A stretch of DNA of 64,000 bases from an uncultured Pseudomonadota bacterium (lineage in GTDB: Bacteria; Desulfobacterota; Binatia; Binatales; Binataceae): positions 3,137,497 through 3,201,496 of the forward strand of contig CAVWXK010000001.1 of the NCBI GenBank assembly GCA_963759165.1. The letters are read 5' to 3'. This document shows positions 40,131 to 50,642 of the stretch, piece after piece. Position numbers and translations under genes: made by a program. Position 1 is the stretch's first letter; each line of letters starts with the position of its first letter. The notes beneath the pieces are model-generated. The model did not search any database. It had not been told where the DNA came from and saw only the letters and a list, made by a program, of their open reading frames with translations.

Positions 40131-40406
40131 TCATTCTTCGGGAAGGATCTTGCGGAAAGGCTTGACCTCGACCCGATCGAAGACTCCCTGGACGACGTAA
40201 GGATCGTTTTGGGCGAATGCGGTCGCTTCGGCCTCGCTTTCCATGTCGATTACGATCAAACTTCCGCTGCCGTCGGTAAACGGGCCGGCGAGAACGACTT
40301 TGCCCTTCTCGACCAGGGGCCGCAAATTTTTGAGATGAGCTTCACGAACCTTGGGCCGAAGCTGCCACCCTTCAGGGCCGTCGTGTCCAATGATTGCAAA
40401 TAACAT
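40131..40406 (-). CDS. YciI family protein
   Basis: 91 aa. HL..L...G.vvLAGPF..GSLIV..A.S..EA..F...DPY pattern. Confidence 0.75.
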   Translation of the reverse strand: MLFAIIGHDGPEGWQLRPKVREAHLKNLRPLVEKGKVVLAGPFTDGSGSLIVIDMESEAEATAFAQNDPYVVQGVFDRVEVKPFRKILPEE

Positions 40407-40508
40407 ATCTGATTACTTCCTGCGGTGATTTTATCGTTAAGCGGATCGTCTAGCACGTACCCGCGTGAGCCTCCAGCCATCCGGCCGGCGCGCGCGGGCC
40501 GCGACACC

Positions 40509-41295
40509 TCAGCCCGGATGTATCCCGCCGTAGCCCGAATAGTAAATCAAAAAGTAGCCGACGCCGAAGGCGCTCATGATCGCGAAGGTGCAAACGTCGG
40601 AAACCTTCACCGGATAGGCGATGCAGTCTGGTGGGCCGGGAGTTCTTGCCGAAGCCGCGCGCCTCGAGCGCCATCGCCATGTTGTTGGCCTTCCTGAGCG
40701 CGCCCATGAACACCGGAACCATCACGGGCAGATAGCGTTTGATTCGCGCGAACGGCCCGCCGCGATCGAAATCGTGGCCGCGGAGCCTCTGCGCCTGCAC
40801 CACCGTCAGTGCCGAGTCGATGAAAAGCGGGACCAAACGGAACGCGAGCGTAATCGCGAATCCGGCCCGATAAGGAACGCCGAGACTCAAGAGGCCAACC
40901 GTAAATTCCTCGACCTTGGTGGTGGACAGGAACAGGACCGAAGTAGCGAGCAGCTCCGCGAGTTTGAGCCCGCGTCCCAATCCGAACATCAGAGACGGCC
41001 GGCTTACGTAGATCGGCCAGATCGTGATTATCGGTTTGCCCACGCGATAGAAAACCATCCAGGAGAGCGTGGTGAAGAACACCACCATGATGAATAGCCA
41101 TCGCAGGCGGTAAAAGTTCGGCCACGAACGGGTGAACCGCGCGACCGTCATCAGCAAGAGCCCGATCGGGAGCAGCGCGATCGGATTGTCCACCCAGTAG
41201 ACCGACCAGAAGATCGCGAAAATCGCGAATACTTTCACGGTCGGATGGAGCCGATGGATGGCGGTGCGGCGGTCGAGGTAGAGATAGATCGGCAT
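40509..41295 (-). CDS. ECF transporter T component (EcfT/CbiQ-like), C-terminal frame break near 40620
   Basis: Multi-TM protein with EcfT-like ALEARGFG segment. The in-frame tail (to 40450) is Arg-rich nonsense. An alternative frame gives a hydrophobic end AYPVKVSDVCTFAIMSAFGVGYFLIYYSGYGGIHPG, with its stop at 40509-40511. Confidence 0.65.
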
Positions 41296-43007
41296 CAGCG
41301 CCGCTCCTCGAGCCGGCCCGCGAGTTCTTCGACCGACAAGGCGGTCACACCGAACCGGTCACCGAGCAAGGTCACTTCCGGCGGCCGGAACGAAGAACTC
41401 GCGAGCAATTCCTGATTCGCGAAGAGATCGCGCACCGGGCCGTCGAACAGCTTCGCTCCTTTGCGCATCAGCACGGCGCGCTCGGCATACTCGGCCACCA
41501 GCCACGGCGTATGGGTGATGATCACGATCGCGGTGCCGGCGCGATGAAGCTCGCTTATCAGCTCCATCATCCGGCGCTGCTCGCGATAATCGAGGCCGGT
41601 GGTCGGCTCGTCGAGGATCAGCAGGCGCGGCTCCAACGCCAGCACCGCGGCGACGGCAAGGCGCTGGCGCTCGCCCTTGCCGAGCAAAAATGGATCGCGA
41701 CGGCGCGCGTGATCGAGACCGACGGCCTGAAGGACGCGCGCGCATCGGCGCTCGACTTCCTCGGATGAAAGCCCGAAGTTGCGCGGTCCGAAAGCGACCT
41801 CATCTTCGACCGTGGCGGCAAAGATCTGATGGTCTGGATTTTGGAAAACGTAGCCGACCTCGCGCGCAGTCTCGGCCGGAGCAAGCCGCGCGCGATCGCG
41901 CCCGCCGATCAGCACCCGCCCTTCGCCCGGTCGAAGCAATCCGACGATATGCCTGGCGAGAGTGGTCTTGCCGGAACCGTTCTGCCCGATGATCGCGAGG
42001 AACTCACCGGGCGCGATCATCAGATTAACCCGATCGAGCGCGCGCGCCCCTTCGGGATAGACGTGGCTCAGGTTTTCGATCTCTACAATCGGCGTCGATA
42101 GCCTTTCGCCGGAAGCGTCGGCGGGCGCGGACGATTGGCGCACGCGTACTGCTTCGACGGACGGAGCCGCGACACGCTCGCCGAGCGTTTTGCGAATGAG
42201 TGCTTCGGCTTCGGCAATATCGCGGGCGTGAGCGGAGATACCCATCCTCGCGAGCAGACGGTTCAGGTCCGGCGCGTGAACGCCGCACTGCTCCAGAAGC
42301 TGAAGCCTGATCATCACGCGCTCCGGAGTGTCGTCGGCGATTATCTCGCCCTCGTGCAGGATGAGGATACGGTCGCAGCCGCGAAGCTCCTCGGCCTCAT
42401 GCTCGATTACGATGAGGCTGACGCCCTGATCGCGCAGCCGACGGATCAGCGCGAAGACCTCCGCCTTGCCCTCAGGATCGAGATCGCTGGTCGGCTCATC
42501 CAGCACGATTACCGACGGCCGGAGCGCCATCACCGCCGCGATCGCCAATCGCTGCTTCTCACCGCCCGAGAGCGTGGTCGGGTCGCGATGCTCGAAACCG
42601 GCGAGGCCGACAGCTTGCAGCGCCGCGCCAAGACGTTGAACCATCTCCTCCGGCTCCATCCCTATCTGCTCCATCGCGAACGCGACCTCGTGCGCGACGT
42701 TGGTCGAGAACAGTTGCGCTTCGAAATCCTGGAACACCATGCCCACCATCGGCGCCACGTCGCACACGCGCATGTCGACGAGCGGCCGCGCGCCGATTCG
42801 CACCACGCCGCGGAATTCGCCGTCCTCGAATCCGGGAATGATGTAGTTGAGGCACTTGGCGAGCGTTGATTTACCGGCGCCGGACGCGCCCATGATGCCG
42901 ATCATCTCGCCAGCCCCCTGCGCGAATCCGACCGTGCGCAGCGCCGGACGCTCTCCGCCATGATAGGTGAAGCTTACTTCCTTGACCGCGACGCCGTATC
43001 GCCGCAC
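41295..43007 (-). CDS. ECF transporter fused tandem ATPase (EcfA1-EcfA2)
   Basis: Two ABC cassettes: Walker A GASGAGKST and GQNGSGKTT, signatures LSGGEKQR and LGKGERQR, Walker B VIVLDEPTS and LLILDEPTT. Confidence 0.9.
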   Translation of the reverse strand: MRRYGVAVKEVSFTYHGGERPALRTVGFAQGAGEMIGIMGASGAGKSTLAKCLNYIIPGFEDGEFRGVVRIGARPLVDMRVCDVAPMVGMVFQDFEAQLFSTNVAHEVAFAMEQIGMEPEEMVQRLGAALQAVGLAGFEHRDPTTLSGGEKQRLAIAAVMALRPSVIVLDEPTSDLDPEGKAEVFALIRRLRDQGVSLIVIEHEAEELRGCDRILILHEGEIIADDTPERVMIRLQLLEQCGVHAPDLNRLLARMGISAHARDIAEAEALIRKTLGERVAAPSVEAVRVRQSSAPADASGERLSTPIVEIENLSHVYPEGARALDRVNLMIAPGEFLAIIGQNGSGKTTLARHIVGLLRPGEGRVLIGGRDRARLAPAETAREVGYVFQNPDHQIFAATVEDEVAFGPRNFGLSSEEVERRCARVLQAVGLDHARRRDPFLLGKGERQRLAVAAVLALEPRLLILDEPTTGLDYREQRRMMELISELHRAGTAIVIITHTPWLVAEYAERAVLMRKGAKLFDGPVRDLFANQELLASSSFRPPEVTLLGDRFGVTALSVEELAGRLEERR

Positions 43008-43055
43008 TTCGGCGCCGGAAGCATCTTCGTTGCTCTCAATCCCGACGTTCTTTTT

Positions 43056-43877
43056 TCACATCAAGCCCAATCCGAGCACGGCCGTCAGGACGAATGGCGT
43101 GACCACGATCCCGATCGCGCGGTCGTAGGGCGCATGCACCATCGCGGCGGGCAGAAAGTGCGGCGCCCAGTAGCCGGTCGAGATCAGATTGCCGAACAGC
43201 CATGCGCCCGACGTTCCCACCGCGAGCAGCACGAAGCCGATCGCGGCGGCGGCCATCGGGCGATGCGGATGTTCCGGCATCACGTCCTGATACAGCATCC
43301 GCGCGCTTCGCACTCGCGGGTAAACCGCGGCCAGCAGAAAGGGCGAGAGCACCATCGCCGCGGCCATGTTGTTGAAAATGATAACGTTGCCGAGCAGCGC
43401 GAAAGGCCTGAGCGCGAGCAGGTTTTCGCCCCATCCGATGATATCGGCGCAGAGCGCGCTTGCCGCCAGACACGCGATTACGTACTTGAGCATCGCGCCG
43501 GGCGTACGGGGCACCGGACTCTCGCTGGCGGCCAACACGTTCCACACCTTGTAGGGAACGTAGCCGTACATGAGATTGGCCCAGAAGCCGAACAGGTCCG
43601 CCGGGCCGACGCCGCCGAAGAAATCGCCGATCATGTTGCCGATCGCCGCGCCCCACGCGGCCGCCGGTCCGAACAGAAACGAACACACGATTGGGACCGC
43701 GTTGGCCGGGCGCAGCTCGGTGACGCCGGGAATCAACGGCACCACCTTGAACGGCACCAGCACCGCGGCATACAGCGCGGCCGAAATCGCGCACAGCACC
43801 ACCATCCGCGTGTTCCGCCACATCAGGCGCAGCTCGGTCATCGCATCCCAATACGATGACATCGATCGGGTAATCAA
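43056..43877 (-). CDS. ECF transporter S component (QueT-like membrane protein)
   Basis: Polytopic protein. ELRPANAVPIVCSFLFGPAAAWGAAIGNMIGDFF resembles the QueT family. TTG 43877 or ATG 43862 as start. Substrate unknown. Confidence 0.5.
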   Translation of the reverse strand: MITRSMSSYWDAMTELRLMWRNTRMVVLCAISAALYAAVLVPFKVVPLIPGVTELRPANAVPIVCSFLFGPAAAWGAAIGNMIGDFFGGVGPADLFGFWANLMYGYVPYKVWNVLAASESPVPRTPGAMLKYVIACLAASALCADIIGWGENLLALRPFALLGNVIIFNNMAAAMVLSPFLLAAVYPRVRSARMLYQDVMPEHPHRPMAAAAIGFVLLAVGTSGAWLFGNLISTGYWAPHFLPAAMVHAPYDRAIGIVVTPFVLTAVLGLGLM

Positions 43878-43933
43878 GCGGGTGTCACCGTGGTAGGCCG
43901 CTACATAAGCGGATCGTGGTCTTTATTCCGTCA

Positions 43934-43973
43934 CCTCTCCCGCATAGCTGCGGGAGAGGGTGAGGGTGAGGGC
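43934..43973. repeat. REP-like palindromic element (family 2 variant)
   Basis: cctctcccgcatagctgcgggagagg plus gtgagggtgagggc. Confidence 0.7.
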
Positions 43974-44077
43974 ACCGAAACAAACTGCGCGCCAGAGCCT
44001 TGCCGCACTTTCACCCTCGCCGCCTGTTGTGTGCCGCTTCGGTCTTGCGGAAAATGAAGTCAGGGGGCGATGACGCG

Positions 44078-44449
44078 ATGCCGATTTACGAGTACGAATG
44101 CGCGCGATGCCATAAGCGCACCAGCGTGCTTACCCTCAGAGTAAGCGAGAAGGTCGAAGCCACCTGCCGCCATTGCGGCAGCGACAAGCTCAAGCGGCTG
44201 ATGTCGCGGTTCGCGATGCCGCGCAGCGAAGAGGCCCGGCTCGACGCGCTCGCCGACCCATCCAACTTCAGCGGCATCGACGAGAACGATCCCAGGAGCA
44301 TCGCCCGCCTGATGAAACGGATGGGCAAGGAGATGGGCGAGGAGGCCGGCGGTCCTGAATTTGACGAGGCGATCGAAGAGCTGGAAAAGGGCGGAGACTT
44401 GGGCGGCGAAGGCGACGACGGCTCAGGCGGCTCGGACGACGAACTCTGA
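44078..44449 (+). CDS. FmdB-family zinc-ribbon protein with acidic tail
   Basis: MPIYEYECARCHK..CRHCGS hallmark. Gly/Asp/Glu-rich C-terminus. Confidence 0.8.
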   Translation: MPIYEYECARCHKRTSVLTLRVSEKVEATCRHCGSDKLKRLMSRFAMPRSEEARLDALADPSNFSGIDENDPRSIARLMKRMGKEMGEEAGGPEFDEAIEELEKGGDLGGEGDDGSGGSDDEL

Positions 44450-44454
44450 TCGCC

Positions 44455-44934
44455 TCAGTCTGCGCTCAGCAGCGCGATTGCGGCGGCGGCCATTCCCTCC
44501 GCCCGTCCGAGAGCGCCCAGACCTTCGGGACTTGCGGCCTTGACGTTCAGTTGGGCGGGCTCCGCGCCCACGGCCCTGGCCAGCCGCTCGCGCATCGTTT
44601 CCAGATGCGGCGCAAGCCGGGGCTGCTGGGCAAAGATCGTAAGGTCGGCATTCACCAACCGCCATCCGCGCGCGGCCGCCATCTGCCAGACTTCGCTCAG
44701 AAGCTTGATGCTGTCGGCGCCCTTGTAGCGCGGATCGGAGTCCGGGAAGCAACGGCCGAGGTCGCCCTCGCCGATCGCGCCCAGGATCGCGTTGGCAAGC
44801 GCGTGCGCGGCGACGTCGGCGTCCGAATGACCCTTGAGGCCCGCGTGATGAAACACCTCGACGCCGCCCAGCATGAGCTTGCGGCCGGCTTCCAGCGGAT
44901 GGAAGTCGAAGCCCTGTCCGATTCTAAACCGCAT
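44455..44934 (-). CDS. ispF: 2-C-methyl-D-erythritol 2,4-cyclodiphosphate synthase
   Basis: RIGQGFDFH, GHSDADV and FPDSDPRYKGADS motifs. 159 aa. Confidence 0.9.
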   Translation of the reverse strand: MRFRIGQGFDFHPLEAGRKLMLGGVEVFHHAGLKGHSDADVAAHALANAILGAIGEGDLGRCFPDSDPRYKGADSIKLLSEVWQMAAARGWRLVNADLTIFAQQPRLAPHLETMRERLARAVGAEPAQLNVKAASPEGLGALGRAEGMAAAAIALLSAD

Positions 44935-45077
44935 CGCGGGTCATCCTCGCTTCGTTTCCAGTAGAGCGCCGTCCGATTGCGTTGACAAGCATTCGCGAAC
45001 TGTCCAAGCTCTTTTTGATCACGATTGATCCCGATCGGTGGCGGCAATCGACGAACTTTGACGGAGGATTTAGCACG

Positions 45078-45371
45078 GTGCCTGCCTTCCTCAAAAATCT
45101 GCTCAAGGATCCCAAGTTCGATGCCGCGGCAATCATCGTCCTCTGGGTGCTGTACGTCGTGGGCGAGAACTTCAAGCTGGAGCCGGTGGAATTTCACCTC
45201 GTCCCGCTCTTGCGCCCGCTGTCGGTTCCGGTCTCGGAAATCGTTATCGGCGCGGCACTCTTCGGATGCTTGGCAACTATCGTGGTTCAACGCGGCTGGA
45301 GGCGCAGGGGCGCCTCGAAGCCGACTTCCGAATCGGGGACCGGCCCGGTGAGCAACAAGATGCCGGCCTGA
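45078..45371 (+). CDS. LapA/DUF1049-like small membrane protein
   Basis: GTG 45078 is preceded by ggagga. Two TM helices (AAAIIVLWVLYVV; IVIGAALFGCLATIVV). The 3' end overlaps convergent moeA by 85 nt. Confidence 0.45.
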   Translation: MPAFLKNLLKDPKFDAAAIIVLWVLYVVGENFKLEPVEFHLVPLLRPLSVPVSEIVIGAALFGCLATIVVQRGWRRRGASKPTSESGTGPVSNKMPA

Positions 45372-46555
45372 GTCCCCGCCTTCAGCACGGTTTCGTTGGC
45401 CGGCCCGATTAGCAACCCATCGGCGAGTGAGAGCGAACTCAGGATGCCCGATCCCTGGGCGCCGGTCGGCGTCGCGTAATAAAGCTCACCGTCGCGCCGC
45501 TCGACCCTGACGCGGATAAACTCGGTCAGATTCGCGGCGGTCCTGATATCGACCGCGCATCGCGCGGTGATCCGCGGCAAGCCAAGGTCGCTCCGTCCGC
45601 CCATCCGCAGCAGCGCCGGGCGGACGTAGAGATAAAAGCAGACCACGGTCGAGACCGGATTGCCCGGCAAGGCGAAGATCGGCCGTCCGCCGATAATCCC
45701 GAACATCATCGGGCGGCCCGGCTTCTGGGCCACACCGTGAAACAGGCGGCGCAGTCCCAGTTCTTCGAGCACCGGCTTGACGTGATCGAACTGGCCGACC
45801 GAAACCCCGCCGGTCGACAGCACCGCGTCGAAACCAACCGCCTCGATAAAGCGCGCGCGAATTTCCTCGATGGTGTCGCGCGCCAGCTTGAGCATCACCG
45901 CTTCCCCGCCGGCCTCGCTGACGGCGGCGGCAAGCGCGTACCCGCTGGAGTTCACCACCTGAGCGCCGGTCGGAACCTGGTCGACATCGACAATTTCGTC
46001 GCCGGTCGCCAGGATCGCGACGCGCGGGCGGCGATAAACCTCGACCATCGCACGATTGAGCGAAGCCAGCAGCCCGATTTCCGAAGGGCCGAGCCGCTTG
46101 CCGGGAGCGATCGCCGGCTCGTCCCGTCGCAGATCCTCGCCTCGGGGGCGAATAAACGATCCGGCCGGCATCGAGACCAGGACCTCCACTATCGCGTCGC
46201 TTCCGCGGGTCTGTTCGACCGGCACCACGGCGTCGGCGCCCGACGGAATCGGCGCGCCGGTCATGATCCGCGAGGCGCATCCTGCGGCGACATCGGAGTT
46301 CGGCATCCTGCCGGCGGCGATGGTTTCGGTCACCTTGAGCTTGACCGGGCGCTGCGCGCTCACCCCGGCGATATCCGCGCTACGCACCGCGTAGCCGTCC
46401 ATCGCGGAATTGTCGAAGCCGGGGATATCGCGCGTGGAGCGAATCTCCTGTGCGAGGACGCGGCCCAGAGCTTCGCGAATCGAGAGCCGCTCGATTCCCA
46501 GCGGGGCGACGTTATCGAGGATAGTTCGCAATGCCTGATCGGCGCTGATCAGCAT
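45287..46555 (-). CDS. moeA: molybdopterin molybdenumtransferase MoeA
   Basis: FDNSAMDGYAV, SGGVSVG-like TGGVSVGQFD and ALPGNPVS motifs. 422 aa. Confidence 0.9.
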   Translation of the reverse strand: MLISADQALRTILDNVAPLGIERLSIREALGRVLAQEIRSTRDIPGFDNSAMDGYAVRSADIAGVSAQRPVKLKVTETIAAGRMPNSDVAAGCASRIMTGAPIPSGADAVVPVEQTRGSDAIVEVLVSMPAGSFIRPRGEDLRRDEPAIAPGKRLGPSEIGLLASLNRAMVEVYRRPRVAILATGDEIVDVDQVPTGAQVVNSSGYALAAAVSEAGGEAVMLKLARDTIEEIRARFIEAVGFDAVLSTGGVSVGQFDHVKPVLEELGLRRLFHGVAQKPGRPMMFGIIGGRPIFALPGNPVSTVVCFYLYVRPALLRMGGRSDLGLPRITARCAVDIRTAANLTEFIRVRVERRDGELYYATPTGAQGSGILSSLSLADGLLIGPANETVLKAGTQAGILLLTGPVPDSEVGFEAPLRLQPR

Positions 46556-46589
46556 CTGTTCGCGGCCCTCAAATGTTACAGTAACGCGG

Positions 46590-47678
46590 TTAGAAGTTGC
46601 TTGCGGTTCGCTGATCGTGCGGGACGAGAAGCTCGTAGCTCTTGTCGCTGGGCGGCACGCGGTCGCTCAGCAGCGCCGGATTCAGCATCCGAATAACATC
46701 GACCGTGGTATGCGCCATCTTCGCCGCTTTGGCCAGAGTGGTGCCGCCGCGGACGGTCAGCTTGTCGTGGCGGACCGGCTCGGAGTACAGGGCCTCCTCG
46801 ATTCCGTATTCCTCAGCGTGATTGGCGATAAAGGCCACCGCCATGAAGCGGTTAAGCAGGCCTCGCGTCCGGCGCGGCAGGCTGTTCGCCATCCGCTCGT
46901 AATCCGCTCCCTTGCGCTCGATGAAATCCTGGATGGAGGCCTCGCCCGTGTTCCATCCGACCACCGCCAACCGCCAGTCGCCCACCTGATCGTGAATCGT
47001 AGCCAGGTACTCGGCCGCCGCCTTGGTGGATTTGATCGGATCGCGCCGCTCGTCGACATAGCCGTTGATACGGAGCCCGTAGTCCCGCGCCGTCGTCTTG
47101 GTTAACTGCCACGGACCCGCTCCCTGGTTGGAGAATCCGCTCTCGGCGAAAGCCAGGTAAACGAAGTCCGACGGCACTCCGTACTGCTCAAGCAGCTTCT
47201 TCATCTCGGCGCGATACGGAGCGCTGCGATCGAAGCTTCGGGTCAGGCCCTCGGAATGGTCCAGGTATTCATTGACGTAACGCTTGACGGTGCGATTCAG
47301 AACGATCGGAAGAGGGGCAACCTTATGGGCAGCGTTACGTTCGAAGGGTGACTTCGTTGCCGCGCCGACCACGCGCCACGACGAAGCTTCATCGCCATCC
47401 TCGAGGTCCGGCAGCGACGCGAAAGCTTCCGGGTCGGCGCTCGCGACAGGCCCGTCGGAGATCAGACTTCCAGCTACAATCGAAGCCCTGCCGTAGCTCG
47501 TCTGCCCCGCCGGCGTTCCATTGACGCCGGGTTGAGACATCCCGCTTTGGCCGACCATCGCAACCGAAATTGAATCGCGCGAAATCGCGAACACATCGGC
47601 CGGCTCGCGCTCGACTCCGCAGGATGCGGCGAAGCACACAAAAAGGAGACTCAGTATGGCCGTATTAGTACGCATCAA
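46590..47678 (-). CDS. lytic transglycosylase (MltD-like) lipoprotein with C-terminal LysM
   Basis: Lipobox FAASCG. SLT-type LAFAESGFS..GPWQL..YGL core. LysM-like LTVRGGTTLAKAAKMAHTTVDVIRMLNP. Confidence 0.7.
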   Translation of the reverse strand: MMRTNTAILSLLFVCFAASCGVEREPADVFAISRDSISVAMVGQSGMSQPGVNGTPAGQTSYGRASIVAGSLISDGPVASADPEAFASLPDLEDGDEASSWRVVGAATKSPFERNAAHKVAPLPIVLNRTVKRYVNEYLDHSEGLTRSFDRSAPYRAEMKKLLEQYGVPSDFVYLAFAESGFSNQGAGPWQLTKTTARDYGLRINGYVDERRDPIKSTKAAAEYLATIHDQVGDWRLAVVGWNTGEASIQDFIERKGADYERMANSLPRRTRGLLNRFMAVAFIANHAEEYGIEEALYSEPVRHDKLTVRGGTTLAKAAKMAHTTVDVIRMLNPALLSDRVPPSDKSYELLVPHDQRTASNF

Positions 47679-47883
47679 TCAATGGCGATGCTAACCGAGT
47701 GCCGAGCCGGAATCAATTCGGCAAGAATTGGTTTTGTTGATAACTTGCATAAGATTTATTTATTGAAAGACGCTGCCAAACTGTGCCGGTCGTAGGACAC
47801 TTAGAACGAACAAAGGTTTATGATAGCCTGATCCTGAAAGCTCCCCGTATTCACTTGATAATTTCGCTTCATAAAACGGCTGA

Positions 47884-49086
47884 GTGAACCTCTGGCGCGA
47901 CATCTTCGACAGCCTCAGCGAAGGCGTAATCGTACTTTCGACCGCGCTGGAGCCGATGGCAGTCAATCCGGCGGCCGAATCATTGTTCGGCATCCCGCAG
48001 GCCAATGCGGCCTTGATGAAAGAGCTGATGGGCCGGAACCTGTGGCTGGAAACGATGATCGGAACCTGCCTGAAAAGCGGGCAGGACCTGAACCAGGCGG
48101 AAACCACGCTTGCCTTGCGTGGCCGTGAGGTCGTGGTCAGCGCCAAGGTTTCCCCGCTTTTGACCCGCGACGGCCTACTCGAAGGCGCGGTAATTCTGCT
48201 CCACGATCTTTCGCATCAAAAAGGCATCCATCAATCCGGCGGCGGCGACGGAACCGAGGCCGGTCTCGGCCTTTCGCCGGCGGGTCTGGCCCATGAGATT
48301 AAGAATCCTCTTACCGGCATCAAGGGCGCCGCGGAGCTGCTCGCGAACCTGCATCCGTCGGATGATCGGGCTCAGCAATACTGCGACGTCATCCGCGGCG
48401 GGGTCGACAGGCTCGCGGCGCTGGTCGAAGAGGTGCTCGCCGTCAGTGGGCCGCAGCGGCTCAAGCAGGAGCCGGTCAACATCCACAAGGTCTTGCATCA
48501 GGCGATGGCGATGGCGGGCCTGTACCCGGTAACGCCGCCAGGAATGGTGATCGAACAATATTTCGACCCCAGTCTGCCCGACGTCAGCGGCGACGCCGCC
48601 GCGCTGGAGCGGGTGTTCCTGAATCTGATCAAGAACGCGGTCGAGGCAATCGATTACAAAGGCATCCTTCGGCTGCGGACCAGGATGGAAACCCATTTCC
48701 GGGTGGCCTCGGGCGGAGTGCGGCGGCGGTTCTTGCGGGTCGAGGTCAGCGATAGCGGCAAGGGGATGACTCCCGAGGAAATGGCGCAGTTGTTCACCCC
48801 CTTCCACACCACCAAACCGAGTGGCACCGGTCTCGGGCTGGTGCTGAGCCAGCGGATCATCGGTTTGCACGGTGGCAAGATATGGGCGGAGCGTGGTGGG
48901 TTCGAGCTTTCCGCTTCCGCGAGTTCCGAGGAAACTGAGGCAACTGATTCGCGGCCGCGAATCGACGGGAAGGCGCACCCTGCGGTTATGCGCGAGGAAG
49001 GCACTGAGGCGCAAAACGTCGGGCAAGGCACGACGTTCAAAGTGCTCCTGCCGATAGCCGGCGAGGCTTCAGACAAGCGGCGATGA
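47884..49086 (+). CDS. NtrB-like PAS sensor histidine kinase
   Basis: PAS N-terminus, H-box LAHEIKNPLTGI, N box LIKNAVEA, G boxes DSGKGM and GTGLGL. Confidence 0.85.
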   Translation: MNLWRDIFDSLSEGVIVLSTALEPMAVNPAAESLFGIPQANAALMKELMGRNLWLETMIGTCLKSGQDLNQAETTLALRGREVVVSAKVSPLLTRDGLLEGAVILLHDLSHQKGIHQSGGGDGTEAGLGLSPAGLAHEIKNPLTGIKGAAELLANLHPSDDRAQQYCDVIRGGVDRLAALVEEVLAVSGPQRLKQEPVNIHKVLHQAMAMAGLYPVTPPGMVIEQYFDPSLPDVSGDAAALERVFLNLIKNAVEAIDYKGILRLRTRMETHFRVASGGVRRRFLRVEVSDSGKGMTPEEMAQLFTPFHTTKPSGTGLGLVLSQRIIGLHGGKIWAERGGFELSASASSEETEATDSRPRIDGKAHPAVMREEGTEAQNVGQGTTFKVLLPIAGEASDKRR

Positions 49087-49150
49087 TTCGTGCGGGCGGA
49101 ATACGAACCGCCATTTATTGGCTTTAAGTAAGAAGGTAGTCAGAGAACCT

Positions 49151-50642
49151 ATGACCGGTCCCAATCCCAGTCCGATCGACAACCCCAGGGGTTCGCCGCC
49201 GCGGATACTGGTGGCGGACGATGATCCTGCCATCCGCCTCGTCATACGCCATCGGCTCGAAGCCGACGGCTATCGCGTCGAGGAGGCCTCCGACAGCAAC
49301 TCGGCTCTGGCCGCGCTGCGAACCGGCAGCTTCGACGTCGCGCTCGTCGACATCATGATGCCGGGACCCGGTGGGCTCGAAGTTCTATCCACGGCGCGGA
49401 CCGAAGGTATCCGGACGCTGATCATCGTGATCACCGCCGCCAGCACGATGACCAACGCGGTCGAGGCGATGAAGCGCGGCGCGCACGACTACCTGACCAA
49501 GCCGTTCGCCAACCTCGATCTCGTGGCGCTCACGGTGGGCCGCGCGGTCGAAGCCGGCTCCCAAACGGCCGATCTGGACCGGCTCAAACGGGAAGTCGGC
49601 CGCCAAGTCGCGGGCGAGATTGTGGGCCGCAGCCCGGCGATGCAGGAGGTCTACAAGCTTATCGGCCGGCTCGTGACCAACGATGCCAACGTGCTCATCT
49701 GCGGCGAGAGCGGAACCGGCAAGGAGCTGGTCGCGCGCGCTATCCATTTCAAATCCGATCGATGGCGGGCGCCGTTCGTCGCGGTAAATTGTTCCGCGAT
49801 TCCCCAGGGGCTGCTCGAAAGCGAACTCTTCGGCCACGAACGCGGCGCCTTTACCGGAGCCACGGAGCGCCGCGCGGGCAAGTTCGAGCTGGCCGCCAAC
49901 GGCACGCTTTTCCTCGACGAGATCGGCGACCTGCCGCTCGAACTTCAGCCCAAACTCCTGCGCGCCATCCAGGAGCGCGAGTTCACGCGGGTCGGCGGCT
50001 CCGAAACGCTCCGGCTTCAGGCCCGGGTCATCGCCGCGACCAATCAGGACCTCGAGGAAGCGGTGGCGGCGCGCCGCTTTCGCGAGGACCTCTACTTCCG
50101 GCTGCGGGTGATCCCGATCGATCTGCCGCCGCTGCGCGCACGGCCCGAGGACATTCCGGAGTTGACCGATTACTTCGTCGCCAAGGCAACCCGCGAGATG
50201 GGCGCGCACGCCAGCGCGATCACGCCCGAAGCGCGGGAGCTTCTGGCCGGCTACGGATGGCCCGGCAACGTTCGCGAACTCGAAAACTGCGTGCTGCGCG
50301 CGGCGCTGCTGGCCCCCGGCAACATCATCCGCGCCGAGGACATCGCGCTGGGGCGGGGAACGGGCAAGCCGCGTCCCGTCGCCGATAGCGCCGCGCTTCC
50401 GCTGAGCGAACTTATCGCCCGCAGGATTCGCGAACATCTGGATGAATTCGGCGATGACGACCCGCAGAATCTCCACGCCCTGATGGTCGCGGAGATCGAG
50501 CGTCCGCTGATCGAACTGGTGCTGGAACGCGCCGGCGGCAATCAGGTCAGGGCGGCGCGGATGCTCGGGCTTAATCGCAACACGCTGCGCAAGAAGATTA
50601 CCGAGCTGCAGGATCGTCCTGCGCAAGCTTCCGCCCGAATGA
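49151..50642 (+). CDS. sigma-54-dependent response regulator (NtrC family); natural stop reached only after a frame correction near 50610
   Basis: REC domain (ILVADDDP, DVALVDIMMP), GESGTGKE, ESELFGHERGAFTGA and the HTH RAARMLGLNRNTLRKKITEL. In the given frame there is no stop before thiE. In the +1 frame ..IVLRKLPPE ends at TGA 50640-50642. Confidence 0.8.

Noticed and set aside
43036-43851. 271-aa minus-strand ORF in an alternative frame of the S-component gene
   Set aside because: The overlapping frame 43056-43877 gives a coherent polytopic membrane protein. This one is Arg/Gly-rich.
43878-43935. preQ1 or other riboswitch in the leader of the QueT-like S-component gene
   Set aside because: The minus-strand leader has a small hairpin (ccgcttatgtagcgg). 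It has neither the A-rich tail nor the conserved loop of preQ1-I, and no resemblance I could see to classes II/III. Needs an Rfam scan to be sure.
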